A stretch of DNA of 64,000 nt, taken from IMG/VR virus record IMGVR_UViG_3300033074_000961; one strand, written 5' to 3'. The stretch's first letter is position 1. Every line of letters begins with the position of its first letter. A program made the translations under genes and the position numbers. The stretch comes from a virus. Its lineage: Duplodnaviria > Heunggongvirae > Uroviricota > Caudoviricetes. The notes under the pieces were generated by a model. It made no database searches and was not told the DNA's origin. It worked only from the letters and a program-made list of their open reading frames with translations. Shown one piece after another: positions 1 to 8,914 of this stretch.

Positions 1-1560
1 GCGACACCCGCCATACATACCCGAAGGTATTTATTCTCCCCATCTTTATGCATCAGCAATGAATGAGGAATGACAAACCCACCAGTGTATGAACTGGTTG
101 AATTGGCACAGATTTGCTTGGGCGGTGTACCATAGAGCAGACAATACACCAAGGCATGACCCAATTCGTGAACCGCAACCAAGTGCTTGTAGTCATCCGT
201 GATTTCGTTACGAATCTGGTCAAGGACGGTAGGAATATGAATCTCTACCTTCTCGCCCCCAATCTTCGCCCACATTTTGTTCACGTCCACGGTAGCATGA
301 CACTTATCCGTATCTGCCAAGAGACATTTGTAGATGAAGGTAGGCAATGCCGAGGACAGAATGTTGGTGATAGTTGAGAGCAATGGACGCACCCCTTGAG
401 TCGGGAACACACCATTGTCGTACATCACTTTGTACACCGAAGGGTCAAAGGTAATTGTGATACCATTGGTGGTTGCAATCAGGTCGCCAATTTGCTTGCA
501 CTTCCTGATGATAATGTCCATGTAATTCTCCCTACTGAGCGAAGGATACAGAATATGCGAGTTGCCGAAACGGGCAATCTGTTCGGGACGGAAGCGATGC
601 CTCAAGGCATACTTGATGTCAATGACAGTCAGCTTCTTACTCCGTTCGTGATAGTAATCTGCATCGGCATCTGCCTCGCCAACATCATTGGCAATGCGGT
701 ATGCTTCGTCAAGATTTCCCGAAACGATGATAAGCATTTTCTTGAAAGAATCTCCCTCATAGAGTGCTGGATTATTGGCGCACTGGTCATAGAGACTCAT
801 GATTTTCTCGTCGTCCCACTTCATGATTTCTTCCATTGAATCCTGAACCTTGAAGAGACGCTTGACACGGCGAGCGAGATACACGGGCGTCTGATACTTG
901 CGCTTGACAGTTACTTTCTTGTCTTCGGCAACCGGAGGGGCACTACCTTCTGGTGTAGCGGCGACAGTATCATCTTTCTTGTTGTTTTTGCTGTTCGCTT
1001 TCTCCGTTTCTTCCCAATCCTTGTAATACTTACTATAGAGCAATTGTTCAAGCAACTCGGTCTTGCGAGTCAAGTCTGCTTGGAACTTACCATCACTCAG
1101 CAACGTCCATACGTCTTGGTGGGCATTGTTGTTGGTATTGACAGTGCCATCCTCTGCCACAGTGCGAAACTTCTGAAACTCGTCGAGGAACAAAATACAA
1201 CTTTCCTCGGGAGCGATGGAGGACGAGTCCAAGCGGTTTTGAATCTTCTTACTGGAATCATTGTCACCCTGCATTTCAATCTCAAGAAAGCGGTCTTGCA
1301 TTTTCATGTAAGAAACCATCTTTCTGATCATATCGGTCTTACCAACACCCGTGAGACCCCACAGACATACGATGGTAGGACGAATCTGCAACTCAGGAAA
1401 GATATACCAAACCTTGATGTTAGTCATTAGTTGGTCAATGATGTTATCCAGACCAACGAAGTCTTGCTTGAGTTTTGAAGCAATAGAGGCAAGCTCACGC
1501 TCTTTCGTCGCAATGTGCTCTACCATCTTTGCACGGTCAATTACTTTGTTTTTGGTTTCC
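1..1560 (-). CDS. AAA+ P-loop ATPase fused to an HExxH (FtsH/M41-like) metallopeptidase-like domain; partial, C-terminus lies beyond the window start
   Basis: Not in the ORF track because it runs off the edge. Manual minus-strand translation gives an uninterrupted frame from ATG at 1560 (alternative ATG 1527) to position 1. Motifs: Walker A GLTGVGKTD, Walker B ILFLDEFQK, then VAVHELGHALVY (HExxH) near the window start. Confidence 0.5.
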
Positions 1561-1768
1561 ATATTTTTGCTACTTTTTGTCTCCATGCCTCTTCTTCTTT
1601 CTCCTTCGCTTTCTTTCGCAGATAAGCGGAGAGAGAACGTTGCATGGATGGGATATGTTTCTTTTTGTCTGCCCGTTTATTCTCTTCGGCGTGTGCTTCT
1701 GCCAGCTTAGCAATATCCAACTCTTCATCGTTGGACAATACTCGCTTGGCAGTCTTGGGGTCCATATT
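1541..1768 (-). CDS. small basic hypothetical protein (internal start of ORF 1541..1906)
   Basis: Lys/Glu-rich C-terminus. Start moved to MDPKT so that it abuts the stop of the upstream gene. Confidence 0.3.
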   Translation of the reverse strand, partial: NMDPKTAKRVLSNDEELDIAKLAEAHAEENKRADKKKHIPSMQRSLSAYLRKKAKEKEEEAWRQKVAKIWKPKTK

Positions 1769-2168
1769 ACACCACAGGTTTCCAATCGGCAGGTATCTTC
1801 GCAAGGCGGATGATGCCTTTGTGATACCCCCACGCCACAAGGCGTTTGGCATTCTTATCCCTATGGTCAGGACCAACGAATGTATCGGGAAATCCAAACT
1901 CGTCAAACTTCACTTGCCGCCAACGAGTCTCGGGGAAATGCCCATCTTTGGAGGCGGGGATTGTTTCATCAAAGTACGTGCCAGTGACCACAACCACTTC
2001 CTTATCCAATCGTACCACAATCCATATGCGGCAACCACTATTGGGCAGTTCATTCCAACTCTTCCAATCAATGCGAAGGATGGATGATTTGCCAACTGCC
2101 TTGAGGAAGTCGTTATTCGGCAGTTCTTTTCCGCTTAGTACTTTGCTTTTCTTTTTGCTTTTCGTCAT
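1767..2168 (-). CDS. hypothetical protein
   Basis: 133-aa ORF with protein-like composition, in the same orientation as its neighbours. Confidence 0.45.
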   Translation of the reverse strand: MTKSKKKSKVLSGKELPNNDFLKAVGKSSILRIDWKSWNELPNSGCRIWIVVRLDKEVVVVTGTYFDETIPASKDGHFPETRWRQVKFDEFGFPDTFVGPDHRDKNAKRLVAWGYHKGIIRLAKIPADWKPVV

Positions 2169-2565
2169 AACGTTCTTGTCCTCTGTCTCTTTTGGGTTTC
2201 ACAAGGAAAACTTCCGCTAACCCCATGCTATAAAAAGTACTCAAATCTGGTCTGCCCTCGGGGTCTTCCGCAGTAGTTTTGACCCAACCCGTTTCGGGAG
2301 AGAACTTGGAAAACAATCCCAATGCCATACACTCGGCAGCACCGGGCCACAGTCCAGTCCATCGGGCAAAGAATGGATCGTGCCTCATGTTGCCCTTTTC
2401 ATCTTTGCACCCACCACATCGAAGCACTTGCCCACCACACCAAGAGCAGTGCTCAACATCGCACCCGCCCATGTGGGTCTCACCCGGCTTCGCACCGCAA
2501 TCGTGGCAGTTAGTCAGTTTGTCGTGGTTCATGTTACTTGGATTGTTTGTCAAAGCTGGGTGCAA
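2113..2565 (-). CDS. Cys-rich (zinc-ribbon-like) hypothetical protein with basic tail
   Basis: CHDCG...CSWCGG...CGGC motifs and a K/R-rich C-terminus. Confidence 0.4.
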   Translation of the reverse strand: MHPALTNNPSNMNHDKLTNCHDCGAKPGETHMGGCDVEHCSWCGGQVLRCGGCKDEKGNMRHDPFFARWTGLWPGAAECMALGLFSKFSPETGWVKTTAEDPEGRPDLSTFYSMGLAEVFLVKPKRDRGQERYDEKQKEKQSTKRKRTAE

Positions 2566-2722
2566 GGAAAGAGAGGACCATTGGCCATGCCATCATAACC
2601 ACATAGAAAAAGAAAACAAGTCCAATCTTATCCGACCCTTTTATAGATGGTGCAACCAATCCACATACATAGGATGCGAGAATGATGCCAACAATCAAAT
2701 AGAGAGCAAAGAACGTTTCCAT
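2534..2722 (-). CDS. small membrane protein
   Basis: Hydrophobic TM segments. Internal start METFF chosen because the upstream prs gene ends at 2724. Confidence 0.35.
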   Translation of the reverse strand: METFFALYLIVGIILASYVCGLVAPSIKGSDKIGLVFFFYVVMMAWPMVLSFLAPSFDKQSK

Positions 2723-2723
2723 A

Positions 2724-3686
2724 TTATTTGAAGAGTTCTGTAATACTATTGTTGTTGTGGGTTCCGAGGATAGCTTTACCAAACACGTCGGCAACACTTA
2801 CCACCGTGATGTACTCGGGAGTTTTCTTCATCCAATGGATTTCATCTTCCACAATTGAATCGGAGCAGAAGAAACGGGTGAATGTTCCCTTGCCCCAAGC
2901 TTCATGCAATCGTCCCGCACCCAACTCCGTAAGACAACCATGAGTCACGGCGAGATAAACATCCTTTGCCCCATTGTTCTTGCAACAATTGGCGGCACTA
3001 ATGAGAGTACCAGCAGACTCGGTAAGGTCGTCCAATACGAGCACGTTCTTGCCCTTCACGTCGCCCACGAACTGACTGACTTCAACATCAGTATCATTTT
3101 TGCGCTTCTTAACGATGAAGGCGAAGTCCACTCCATCCTTTTCTGAGAATTCCACTGCCTTTTTGATGCCTCCTGTGTCGGGAGCAACCACTACATCAAT
3201 CGAATACTTTTTCAATGCAGCGGAGAGAGTTGGTTGAAAGTAAAGGTGGTCCAGAGGAAGGTTGGTGAATCCTTGTACTTGCTGTGCGTGAAGGTCCATC
3301 GTAATGACACGATTGATTCCCGCAGCGGCAATAATATCAAGAACTAGCTTGGCAGAGATGGGGACTCGGGGTTTGTCTTTGCGGTCTTGGCGTGAATACC
3401 CAAGGTAGGGAATAACCGCAGTAATTCTGTCGGCAGAGGCACGGCGAGCAGCATCCGCCATGATAAGCAACTGCATCAGGTTATCATTGGCAGGTTGAGA
3501 AACCGCTTGCATCAAGAAAACGTCGGCACCCCGCACGTTCTCTTTCAGTTGGCAGTACCATTCACCCGAAGGAAACTGGTGATGATAGATTGCACCCCGA
3601 TTGATTGCATCGTGGCGAGCGGTTACGGATTTGGCAAGACGTTCACTCGCCTTACCAGCAAAGAGTACGCAACGTCGGTCTTTCAT
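2724..3686 (-). CDS. prs: ribose-phosphate pyrophosphokinase (PRPP synthetase)-family enzyme; could instead be an ADP-ribose pyrophosphokinase-type paralog
   Basis: Prs motifs DLHAQQVQGFF and VVAPDTGG; the 320-aa length is typical. Confidence 0.8.
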   Translation of the reverse strand: MKDRRCVLFAGKASERLAKSVTARHDAINRGAIYHHQFPSGEWYCQLKENVRGADVFLMQAVSQPANDNLMQLLIMADAARRASADRITAVIPYLGYSRQDRKDKPRVPISAKLVLDIIAAAGINRVITMDLHAQQVQGFTNLPLDHLYFQPTLSAALKKYSIDVVVAPDTGGIKKAVEFSEKDGVDFAFIVKKRKNDTDVEVSQFVGDVKGKNVLVLDDLTESAGTLISAANCCKNNGAKDVYLAVTHGCLTELGAGRLHEAWGKGTFTRFFCSDSIVEDEIHWMKKTPEYITVVSVADVFGKAILGTHNNNSITELFK

Positions 3687-3724
3687 GGTAGGTCAGTATA
3701 ACACACCCAAGATAATTGTCAAGG

Positions 3725-4540
3725 TCATTGTGGAATACGAACTCTGTGGACAGAACCCGGTCTTGTTGCTGCCGGTGGAGTGTAAACTAATTCATCACTA
3801 TAGACAGATTCAAGACCATTCGTAATATAAGCAGTAGCTGCATAGTAGGTGGGAATTCCTACAATGATGTTTGATAAAGTTATCGTCAACATTGCCTTGG
3901 CATCTACAACATTAGTATAGTTTCTACTTGACGGTCCAGAGTACACTTTATATTGAATGAACATGTTAGTGGAACTTGGGCTGGCATCCCACGCCAAAGT
4001 AACCTTTGCGTAAGTATTGGTTGAAGGCGGGAGATTTGTTATTGCATTAGCATAGATACAATAATTGAAATCAACGTTGCCACTCTGCATTGTTAGAGTC
4101 GTGGGCCATTGTCCATATGTTCTTGGCGAGCTTTCCCAACGAGTCGAACCACCACTTGTATTACAATATATTGCCGCTCCCTGTGTGTCAGACCATGAGG
4201 CAAACCAATAATACTGTCCATTAGTAAGAGAAACATTTGTCGCCAATGGCAATGAATACCAACCCGAAGACGGATTGGATATTTCTGAACTTTGTTGCAT
4301 CAATTGTGACGGACCAGAAGAATTTCCTGCATAGATTGCGAATTTGTATCTACCTGAAATACCAACAACTCGGGCATTTAGAGTAGAAATAGTCATGTTG
4401 GATGACGCTTGGAAACGAGACACATTGATATAGTTGTTAATTGGGTCGGAAGTAGTTCCGTTGCTATTATTTCCGATGAATGCATTAGCATTAACCACAA
4501 GGGTTAATAGAAATGAAATTGTTATCAGTAATGTTTTCAT
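3725..4540 (-). CDS. secreted hypothetical protein (N-terminal signal peptide, Asn/Ser/Thr-rich)
   Basis: MKTLLITISFLLTLVVNANA signal peptide. Confidence 0.5.
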   Translation of the reverse strand: MKTLLITISFLLTLVVNANAFIGNNSNGTTSDPINNYINVSRFQASSNMTISTLNARVVGISGRYKFAIYAGNSSGPSQLMQQSSEISNPSSGWYSLPLATNVSLTNGQYYWFASWSDTQGAAIYCNTSGGSTRWESSPRTYGQWPTTLTMQSGNVDFNYCIYANAITNLPPSTNTYAKVTLAWDASPSSTNMFIQYKVYSGPSSRNYTNVVDAKAMLTITLSNIIVGIPTYYAATAYITNGLESVYSDELVYTPPAATRPGSVHRVRIPQ

Positions 4541-4545
4541 AATGT

Positions 4546-5184
4546 TTATTCTCCGTATTTCTCAATTCCTTCTTGTCCAAAGCGGTTGAACAGTTTGTCC
4601 AAGTATGCTTGGGTTTTGATTTTGCACATCCAGATACCGCCTCTATGGGCACCCGTCTTCAATGTGCCTTTGCATACCACGCCCTCAGTAACAGGGTACT
4701 TGCCTGCCCTTACATCAGCAATGAATTGGTCCGTGAGGTTGCCAGTATAAACAACCTTGGGAGATATGATTTTGTATTTCTCACTTAGATTAACAAACTC
4801 TTGGGGTGATAGGAACTTCCTATTCTTATGCCCCACCATGATGTCAAAGCATACGAGACGCTGGGTTGGGTCATTGGGTTCATGCCATCCCGCAAAGGAT
4901 TGGTCGCCAAAGAACTCAAGGAAGGCGATGACTTCACGCTCATTGGGAAATTCACCCTCAATCAAGTCCACGAGGGGATTCTCAAAATGCTCATAGAAGT
5001 ATGGAATAGCAGGAGCGAGGAACGGATGCCCTTTATCAAACATCTGTGTGCGACTTCCAAACAAATGGAAACCTTTCTTGTTCGTGTACTTCACACGAAT
5101 GTTGCTGCCATCAAGCTTATCAAAGGCAATCATTGACTCCCGAGGAGCCTTGCCGCTTGGCATTATGGATGGATATTCAATCAT
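4546..5184 (-). CDS. RNA-ligase-family nucleotidyltransferase (KxDG motif I)
   Basis: AFDKLDGSNIRV matches ligase motif I (KxDGxN). Short, nucleotidyltransferase domain only. Confidence 0.5.
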   Translation of the reverse strand: MIEYPSIMPSGKAPRESMIAFDKLDGSNIRVKYTNKKGFHLFGSRTQMFDKGHPFLAPAIPYFYEHFENPLVDLIEGEFPNEREVIAFLEFFGDQSFAGWHEPNDPTQRLVCFDIMVGHKNRKFLSPQEFVNLSEKYKIISPKVVYTGNLTDQFIADVRAGKYPVTEGVVCKGTLKTGAHRGGIWMCKIKTQAYLDKLFNRFGQEGIEKYGE

Positions 5185-5777
5185 ACAAATGCTAATCCGT
5201 TTGTGTATTGTGGGTCATTGTCTGCGAACCCAACGTGCCCACGGTCCTCAACGAGTGTGGGTTTGTCATTGTGCATCAAGTAATGCTTATAGGCACGGTC
5301 ATACATCACGATGTACACCGCAGCGGCAAGGTTGGTGCAATGCCGTGTGGGTATCTTTACAAATCTGTGGCAGTGACGACGCATCACTGGTGGTATGCTG
5401 CCATCCTCGGGACCAAAGACGTACACTGCATCCTCGGGATGTTCAAAGTCCATCAAGCATTCGGAGTTGTCCACCAACTCAATTGCTACTGGTGTAATAC
5501 CTTTACCAAAATGCTCAAAGGGATAGTCAAACTGACGCAATTCAACATCCTTATATCCCTTGAGACGTTCCTCTCTTGGAAGTCGTTGTCCTTCATCCAG
5601 ACGCACACGATTACCAGTCCACCACACTTGCTTGAAACCAAAGCACGATGCTGCCCGTTGTACCGCACCTACGTTGGCAGAGTACTTGGGATTACATAAA
5701 ATCACGGCAGGGACAATCCCCTCGGGTTTACTATTCTTTCCGTATATGGCAGCAGCATTCATATGTCGTAGGCACAC
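5181..5777 (-). CDS. SPOUT (SpoU/TrmH-family) RNA 2'-O-ribose methyltransferase
   Basis: VYVFGPEDGSIP plus HCTNLAAAVYIVMYDR (TrmH motifs 2 and 3); N-terminal NVGAVQRAASCFG. Overlaps the ligase gene by 4 nt. Confidence 0.6.
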   Translation of the reverse strand: MCLRHMNAAAIYGKNSKPEGIVPAVILCNPKYSANVGAVQRAASCFGFKQVWWTGNRVRLDEGQRLPREERLKGYKDVELRQFDYPFEHFGKGITPVAIELVDNSECLMDFEHPEDAVYVFGPEDGSIPPVMRRHCHRFVKIPTRHCTNLAAAVYIVMYDRAYKHYLMHNDKPTLVEDRGHVGFADNDPQYTNGLAFV

Positions 5778-5971
5778 TCACGGGTGCAATCAGGACAGCA
5801 GGTACAATGAGGGTCGGTATTACCAGACATCTCTTCCGAGTAAGGACAGGAATGTGGTTCGCTTGCGGGATTACGCTTGCACCTTTTGCAGAGGTCTTTT
5901 TCTTCTTTGACTTCGCTATCCATATTGTGCCAGTTCTTTTTCCAACAGTTCTTTGTATTCGTTGTGGTCAA
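5759..5971 (-). CDS. small Cys-rich hypothetical protein
   Basis: CKRCKRN...CTCCPDC pattern. Confidence 0.3.
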   Translation of the reverse strand: MTTTNTKNCWKKNWHNMDSEVKEEKDLCKRCKRNPASEPHSCPYSEEMSGNTDPHCTCCPDCTRECAYDI

Positions 5972-6152
5972 GCAGTGCTTTGACCGCTTCGTTCAAAGTA
6001 TCTGCCAACTTCTTGCGCTCGTCGTCATCGTGCAACCCAAGAGCAATCTTGGTGTTGTCCACTTCGACATCTACATCGCAATACTTGGCAAGGTTTCGGA
6101 CTGTAATTGTCATACGTAATGTCGCCATCCACCCTTGGAGTTTGGTTGCCAT
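5916..6152 (-). CDS. hypothetical protein
   Basis: Charged, helical 78-aa ORF. Confidence 0.3.
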   Translation of the reverse strand: MATKLQGWMATLRMTITVRNLAKYCDVDVEVDNTKIALGLHDDDERKKLADTLNEAVKALLDHNEYKELLEKELAQYG

Positions 6153-6307
6153 CCAAGTTCTGTAAGGCGAGCGGTTTTTTCTTCGTCGTACTTCGTTACA
6201 TCAAGTCCGGCGATGATGACATCGTGCTCGGCACTGATGATGGTTGCTGGTTCTACGGACTTCACTATCTGAAGTCCCTCAATGATTAAGTCTAAAGTTG
6301 AGTGCAT
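6110..6307 (-). CDS. hypothetical protein
   Basis: ORF in a run of same-strand genes. Confidence 0.25.
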   Translation of the reverse strand: MHSTLDLIIEGLQIVKSVEPATIISAEHDVIIAGLDVTKYDEEKTARLTELGWQPNSKGGWRHYV

Positions 6308-6311
6308 ATGT

Positions 6312-6647
6312 TTATCCTAACGCCCAATTACAAATCCCCATGAACTCTCGGGGTTTCTCGTCCTCGGGCAAAAATCGCCATTCTCGTTTTTCGGTATCCC
6401 ATGCCCACCACTGTTCAGAGTGGACCATTGGGTGAATACCGGGTTCAATGTATTCCATTACCACATAGTCATACAAACACTCTTCAATGTTGCCACGGTT
6501 CTCTTTGACCGCAGTGTACGCTTCATTGTAGGTCGGATAGAATCCGAAAGTGCGCTTGCGAGAAAGGTATCGTTTATGGACACCGTATTCTTTCGCTTGC
6601 TTTTCCAGCGTTTCTTTACCAATGATTGATGTTATGAACCACGGCAT
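6312..6647 (-). CDS. hypothetical protein
   Basis: 111-aa ORF. Confidence 0.4.
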   Translation of the reverse strand: MPWFITSIIGKETLEKQAKEYGVHKRYLSRKRTFGFYPTYNEAYTAVKENRGNIEECLYDYVVMEYIEPGIHPMVHSEQWWAWDTEKREWRFLPEDEKPREFMGICNWALG

Positions 6648-6931
6648 AGTTGTAAAATCAGTTTGTTGACAAAATCTTTTCTGTCCGCTTCATTCAAGTT
6701 ATCCGAGTATGGTATAATCTCAGGTGTGAATGAAAGCAGCAAGGTGCGAGTTATTTCTCTTGGGTCGCCACGCAATGCTGACATCGTAATCAAGGGTTTC
6801 CCTTGATACCACCACGTATCAGAATAAGTGCCCCACTTGCCAACCCAAGGTTTGTTTACAAAACCAAGTTCAGTTAGCAGTTCCGCCAACCTTTTCTTGC
6901 TTGTTTTTCTTTTTTGGTTTGCCATATTCAC
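6632..6931 (-). CDS. hypothetical protein
   Basis: 99-aa ORF. Confidence 0.35.
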   Translation of the reverse strand: MNMANQKRKTSKKRLAELLTELGFVNKPWVGKWGTYSDTWWYQGKPLITMSALRGDPREITRTLLLSFTPEIIPYSDNLNEADRKDFVNKLILQLCRGS

Positions 6932-7070
6932 AATCGGGACAAATGACTAGCGGCTCTCCGTGGTTATGAAGCTGCCAAGCGAGAATACGCCACTTGGCGT
7001 ACGAAATGTCTTTCGCATCACCGAATGACTGTTTCTCGCCGCACTCACAGCATTCCAGCTTCCAACTCAT
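6870..7070 (-). CDS. zinc-ribbon hypothetical protein
   Basis: CCECG...CPDCEYG. A σ70-like promoter lies immediately upstream. Confidence 0.35.
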   Translation of the reverse strand: MSWKLECCECGEKQSFGDAKDISYAKWRILAWQLHNHGEPLVICPDCEYGKPKKKNKQEKVGGTAN

Positions 7071-7077
7071 CGTTGCC

Positions 7078-7110
7078 AGATGATACCACGCTTCTACAAA
7101 AAGTCAAGCT
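7078..7110 (-). promoter_or_regulatory. σ70-like promoter (TTGACT-N16-TGnTATCAT) for gene 6870..7070; its -35 box is half of the palindrome AGTCAAGCTTGACT
   Basis: Read on minus strand: CTTGACTttttgtagaagcgTGgTATCATctggcaacgATG. Confidence 0.5.
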
Positions 7111-7138
7111 TGACTTGGAACTATTTATGGTGTATGAT
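7110..7138 (+). promoter_or_regulatory. σ70-like promoter (TTGACT-N17-TATGAT) firing divergently from the same palindrome; start codon lies about 7 nt after the -10 (leaderless)
   Basis: cTTGACTtggaactatttatggtgTATGATagcgacaATG. Confidence 0.45.
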
Positions 7139-7145
7139 AGCGACA

Positions 7146-7283
7146 ATGAAGAAATTGTGGGACAGAGTAAAGTGGATAGGTGAGTGCCTATTCGTCTGGT
7201 GTATATTGCTCCCCATAATGATAATCCTGATGCAATTGTGGAAAAAGGATTACGAAAAGATGACCGACAACCGCTATGATTGA
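7146..7283 (+). CDS. small membrane protein (probably leaderless; shortened from ORF 7080..7283)
   Basis: MKKLWDRVKWIGECLFVWCILLPIMIILMQLW hydrophobic helix. The ATG sits at the predicted transcription start. Confidence 0.35.
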   Translation: MKKLWDRVKWIGECLFVWCILLPIMIILMQLWKKDYEKMTDNRYD

Positions 7284-7572
7284 CCTGAATAAAGTTCGAA
7301 GCATCCGTGCCCTTGAAGGGATGAAGAAGGATTTGACCGAGTTCGCCACATTTGATCGAGCGATAATGGTACAGGTCTATGACGAACAATATGGTTGGGG
7401 CGAGGAAGATTACGAGGCAGACCTTGACCAAGTTAAGGAAATGCTTGAGAAGGTGGAGCGTCGTATCAATAGTCTTTCCAACTATTTGAATAAGCAAAAG
7501 GTTAAGGTGGATAAGAAGAAGCATGGACAATCTGGTGCATCGGAATCCCCAACCGCTTCACAATCTGCTTAA
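7276..7572 (+). CDS. hypothetical acidic coiled-coil protein
   Basis: Protein-like 98-aa ORF. The antisense ORF 7045..7530 is low-complexity. Confidence 0.4.
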   Translation: MIDLNKVRSIRALEGMKKDLTEFATFDRAIMVQVYDEQYGWGEEDYEADLDQVKEMLEKVERRINSLSNYLNKQKVKVDKKKHGQSGASESPTASQSA

Positions 7573-8215
7573 TGCTTCCGTCTTTCTTATCCTTAATCTC
7601 TTCGGGCACAGTACAACCAACATGGATTTCTCCATTGTTCAAGTCGTAGTGGAATGATTTATCGAAGATACCTTCTTTCCTCACACGATCCAGATACTTT
7701 CTGATTGTGTCTGCCGTGCCGCCTTCTTTCACTTCTGACCCCTTGCCGAAAGTACAGGCAAGGATGAAGTCCGACTTGGCAACGAGTGCATTACGAGCGA
7801 AGAACCCCCTTGCAACAGGAATCAACTCAGCACCTTCCGCCTTTGCTATTTGAATCTGTGTAAGGGAGTTGATGTTGGTAGCCTTTTGAAACTGCCGATG
7901 ATAATAATTGGCAGTACCCCCGGGATTCTTATGGGAATCTCTTACGCCACTATCATAGAAAGACCCACCTTCAAATTCGGCGGGGAGGAAGAGACGAAGA
8001 TGGGGCACTTTCTTATCAAGAAATAGTTTTACTGCTACGTGATCTGCCCACGCTGCCCCACCTGATACCAAGTGTGAAATAGGATAATTGCTCTCCGCAA
8101 ACTGGTCAACTAAACCAGATGCAACGATGCACATGGCTTCAAAGTGTTTCTTTGAAAGCTTCTTTGCATCATCATTGCGTCCAGCCGTACCAACGATTGC
8201 GAAGGTGATTTCCAT
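7502..8215 (-). CDS. SLOG/DprA-like Rossmann-fold protein
   Basis: AIVGTAGR, VSGGAAWADHVA, FFARNALVAKSDFILA resemble DprA/Smf/SLOG motifs. Internal start MEITF chosen to abut the upstream gene. Confidence 0.4.
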   Translation of the reverse strand: MEITFAIVGTAGRNDDAKKLSKKHFEAMCIVASGLVDQFAESNYPISHLVSGGAAWADHVAVKLFLDKKVPHLRLFLPAEFEGGSFYDSGVRDSHKNPGGTANYYHRQFQKATNINSLTQIQIAKAEGAELIPVARGFFARNALVAKSDFILACTFGKGSEVKEGGTADTIRKYLDRVRKEGIFDKSFHYDLNNGEIHVGCTVPEEIKDKKDGSIKQIVKRLGIPMHQIVHASSYPP

Positions 8216-8216
8216 T

Positions 8217-8630
8217 TTACATGAAGACGACTTTGAACACCCATGCGAACAATATGCAAACCCACGGAGAGAGTAGAGGCACGAGGACTTCTGTAACTCT
8301 ATCCGAGACGGTCTTGGTCTTGTCCGCTTCACTGTTCAACTTCACTGTATGGGAACTGGTTACGAAGCGAACGACCATTAAAATAGCAGCTGCCTGAACC
8401 CATGTCAGTGCTTTGAGTCCGAGAATGGGGACCACGAACCATCCCCACAGGACAGAGAGGGCATAACCATAAGCAAAAACTCCATAATCCCAACCGAGAG
8501 GGAGAAGGAGAATGAAACCGAGTATAGCAGCAAGTGCTACACCAACTGACAGATTTTCGTCTTTCATATTTTTGTGTTTATTGAGAGCGGCCATCCGCTT
8601 TGCTTCTTCTTCGAAAAGGGATGGCTTCAT
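8217..8630 (-). CDS. multi-pass membrane protein
   Basis: Several hydrophobic segments. Confidence 0.45.
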   Translation of the reverse strand: MKPSLFEEEAKRMAALNKHKNMKDENLSVGVALAAILGFILLLPLGWDYGVFAYGYALSVLWGWFVVPILGLKALTWVQAAAILMVVRFVTSSHTVKLNSEADKTKTVSDRVTEVLVPLLSPWVCILFAWVFKVVFM

Positions 8631-8632
8631 GA

Positions 8633-8914
8633 TTAGAACGAGACAAGGGTTGGAGCTTGACGAACCAAGCGGTTACGAGAGAATGCTTTGAACTGTCCAT
8701 CCTTGGTAGAATGTGGATTGTCCAATTCATTACCCTTGATGTAGTCTGCATCGGCAGAGGTTACACGAAGATAACGGACTTTCATCTTGCCCGTTTCGCT
8801 ATCGGGGTATTCGAATTCCACTACGGGATAGCGGGGTTCTGGTGATGGAGTTGTCGCCGCAGTGGGCGGTGCCGGTGATTGTGCTGGATTACTCATATTG
8901 GGGCAGTCTATCAT
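8633..8914 (-). CDS. hypothetical protein (Pro/Ala-rich N-terminus)
   Basis: 93-aa ORF. Confidence 0.35.
   Translation of the reverse strand: MIDCPNMSNPAQSPAPPTAATTPSPEPRYPVVEFEYPDSETGKMKVRYLRVTSADADYIKGNELDNPHSTKDGQFKAFSRNRLVRQAPTLVSF

Noticed and set aside
114-1430. Plus-strand ORFs 114..377, 396..839 and 1044..1430 at the window start
   Set aside because: They lie antisense to a continuous minus-strand frame encoding Walker A/B and HExxH motifs (the FtsH-like gene).
2279-2731. Plus-strand ORFs 2279..2731, 2322..2513 and 2380..2598
   Set aside because: They overlap the minus-strand Cys-rich and membrane-protein genes. Their composition is His/Pro-rich and shadow-like.
7045-7530. 161-aa minus-strand ORF
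   Set aside because: Leu-rich low-complexity translation. The plus strand carries two compact protein-like ORFs with their own promoter.
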